A stretch of 64,000 nucleotides of DNA from NCBI RefSeq assembly GCF_009914755.1, contig NC_060930.1, one strand, 5' to 3'. This DNA comes from the human T2T-CHM13v2.0 reference genome, Homo sapiens. Made by a program: the position numbers and the translations under genes. Of the stretch, positions 61,058-64,000 are shown one piece after another. Below the pieces are notes generated by a model. It had not been told where the DNA came from. It saw only the letters and a list, made by a program, of their open reading frames with translations, and searched no databases. The first letter of the stretch is position 1; each line of letters opens with the position of its first letter.

Positions 61058-61352
61058 GGCTGGGTGTGGTGGCTCACGCCTGTAATCCCAACACTTTGGG
61101 AGGCCAAGGCAGGAGGATCGCCTGAGCTCAGGAGTTTGAGACCACACTTGACAACATGGTAAAACCCGTTGTCTACTAAAATACAAAAAATTAGCTGGGT
61201 GTGGTGGTGCGTGCCTGTCATCCCAGCTACTCAGGAGACTGAGACACGAGAATCACTTGAGCCTGGGAGGTGGAGGTTGCAGTGAGCTGAGATCACACCA
61301 CTGCACTCCAGCCTGGGCTACAGAGTGAGACTCTGTCACACACACACACACA
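61058..61352 (+). mobile_element. Alu with (CA)n tail
   Basis: Alu consensus; TSD aaatatcatc. Confidence 0.92.
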
Positions 61353-62649
61353 AAATATCATCTAAACCAGGTATTGCTGAAACTCAGTGGGGGAGTGATT
61401 CATCCTGAGACAAAATTCATCTCCATCTTTAAACCCATGCAAGTCGACAAATATCTGCTTCTAAAACACAGTGTGGGACAAATAAGCCCTAGCAAATTAT
61501 ACCCATGCTAAAGTTTGAGAACTACTGCCCTAGATGATTGCTTAATGTCCTTCCCAGAACTACCCTTGGAGAGAAGAAACCTGTCTGTGGTCTGTGGTTT
61601 TGAGTAGAAAGTGATCATTCCTCATCTTGCCACACAGACTCCATCTCCCTTCCTAACCACACTTTGCCAGCCTCGGCCCACATGATTGCAGTGAAGCCAC
61701 TCCACCACAGGATCTACTGGGGACCATGTGGACTAGACGAGGCCAATGGCAGTTCCACCATTCTGGCCACAGTCACTGATTCAGAGATAAACATGTGCCT
61801 CTGGTCAGGCCATTTGGGGCCAAGGAGACTCAGTTCCAAGACTTTGGAGTATCAGATAAGTAATCTCTCTTTTTTCTTAAGCTGAATGTTGTGATAGTGT
61901 GAGCTGGAAGTTTCCAGGAAGTATCCCAAGAATAATGATATGGAAGCCAACCCATTCTGAGACACAGATCTTGATGATACCGTTGGAGCCCTCTCAGCCT
62001 GTGGGAGCTAATATGTTACCCATGTTAAGCTACCCTGGCTTTGGTTTCCAATCATATGCACCTGGAAGGGCCTCAAATGATACAGAGGTTACTCAAAGAA
62101 AATCTTCATCCTTTGATGTTGCTTTAATTTCTCACTAAGAACGTTAGTCTATTTTTCCTTTATTCCTTGGAAGAAAGCTTGGGAAAGAAATACAATGAGA
62201 TTTCTTTTTCCACCACATACTCCTTAATGTTTATATGTTTCACTTCCTGTCCAAAGAACCAGCTTGAAAGAGGACTCTATAGAAAGTATGGCATTAGAGG
62301 AACTAGAAAAACAGCCTCTCCATAGGGTGGAGAAAAGCATATAATGGTGACCTAGGAGCATCAAAACCAAGCAAACTTCACATGCCTTAGAGTTTACTCC
62401 TCTACGATTAGAAACCTTTATGCAAGAATTAGTTTCCCCTATCCATCCCAGAAAGTCACCAATACTCTTTCATAAAACAGAAAGCAAAGATGATGCACTC
62501 ACTTCATAGCTGACTTAAAATGTTCATCAGCACAACCTCCTTTTTCTCTACCAAACCGTCTCACAAAAGGGAAGAAAATACTCAAAACTACATCTGAAGA
62601 CAATTAGACTTTTGGCTCACACCGTGTGCAGACATCAAAAGTGGGCTTT

Positions 62650-63629
<980 letters not shown>

Positions 63630-64000
63630 AGTAGTCATTTATGAGATTGTCATGAGAGCTGATGCTACATAGCAGAAATACTAAGCATGGCCACAGTCAT
63701 GGGGTCAAGCTGGAGACACTGGAAAGTCTTAAAGAAGTTAAGTGGAAAGAAATCTGACTCCTGAAGGGGGGCATTAGGATTGAAGACTTAGAGTTTTCAG
63801 TTTTAAGACACAGTAATTTTACATGTCCTTTTACTTTTTAAAAAAATACAGCTAACAAGGTAGAATTCTACTTAGATTAAGGCATAAACACATAGCTTTC
63901 AATACCACAGTATTTTTGAATTAAGGAATATATGTTTAACAAACATCAACAAGCAAACCAAACAAGAGTATGACAAAGATAAATAGAATGGTTTCTTTAC

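Overview
Human (primate) genomic DNA that I recognise from its encoded peptides as the 3' end of the mu-opioid receptor gene OPRM1 (+ strand) facing the 3' end of IPCEF1 (- strand), chr6q25. OPRM1 elements: three alternative terminal acceptors of exon 5 (MOR-1B3 GPPAKFVADQLAGSS*, MOR-1B2 RERRQKSDW*, MOR-1B1 KIDLFQKSSLLNCEHTKG*) and canonical exon 4 (LENLEAETAPLP*). Exon 4 continues into a ~13.3 kb 3'UTR ending at a poly(A)-signal cluster near 24.3-24.5 kb. IPCEF1 elements: the last two coding exons (59899-60092, 51807-52019) and a ~5 kb 3'UTR ending close to a strong CTCF motif. The rest is repeat-rich: ~17 Alus, two decayed class III proviruses (one with both ERVL-type RT and a gamma-type env TM remnant), several ERV1 and MaLR LTRs, L1, L2 and microsatellites. 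There are no prokaryotic systems, CRISPR arrays or RNA genes, and nearly all ORF-track entries are repeat-derived or chance. The best hypotheses are regulatory: retrovirus-derived receptor tails plus a possible poison exon; inverted-Alu pairs bracketing both OPRM1 poly(A) regions; a MER41 LTR with intact tandem GAS motifs in the 3'UTR; an open alternative frame in exon 4; and an inversion that flips an LTR poly(A) signal off the IPCEF1 sense strand. Repeat subfamily names come from remembered consensus sequences and need RepeatMasker/Dfam confirmation.
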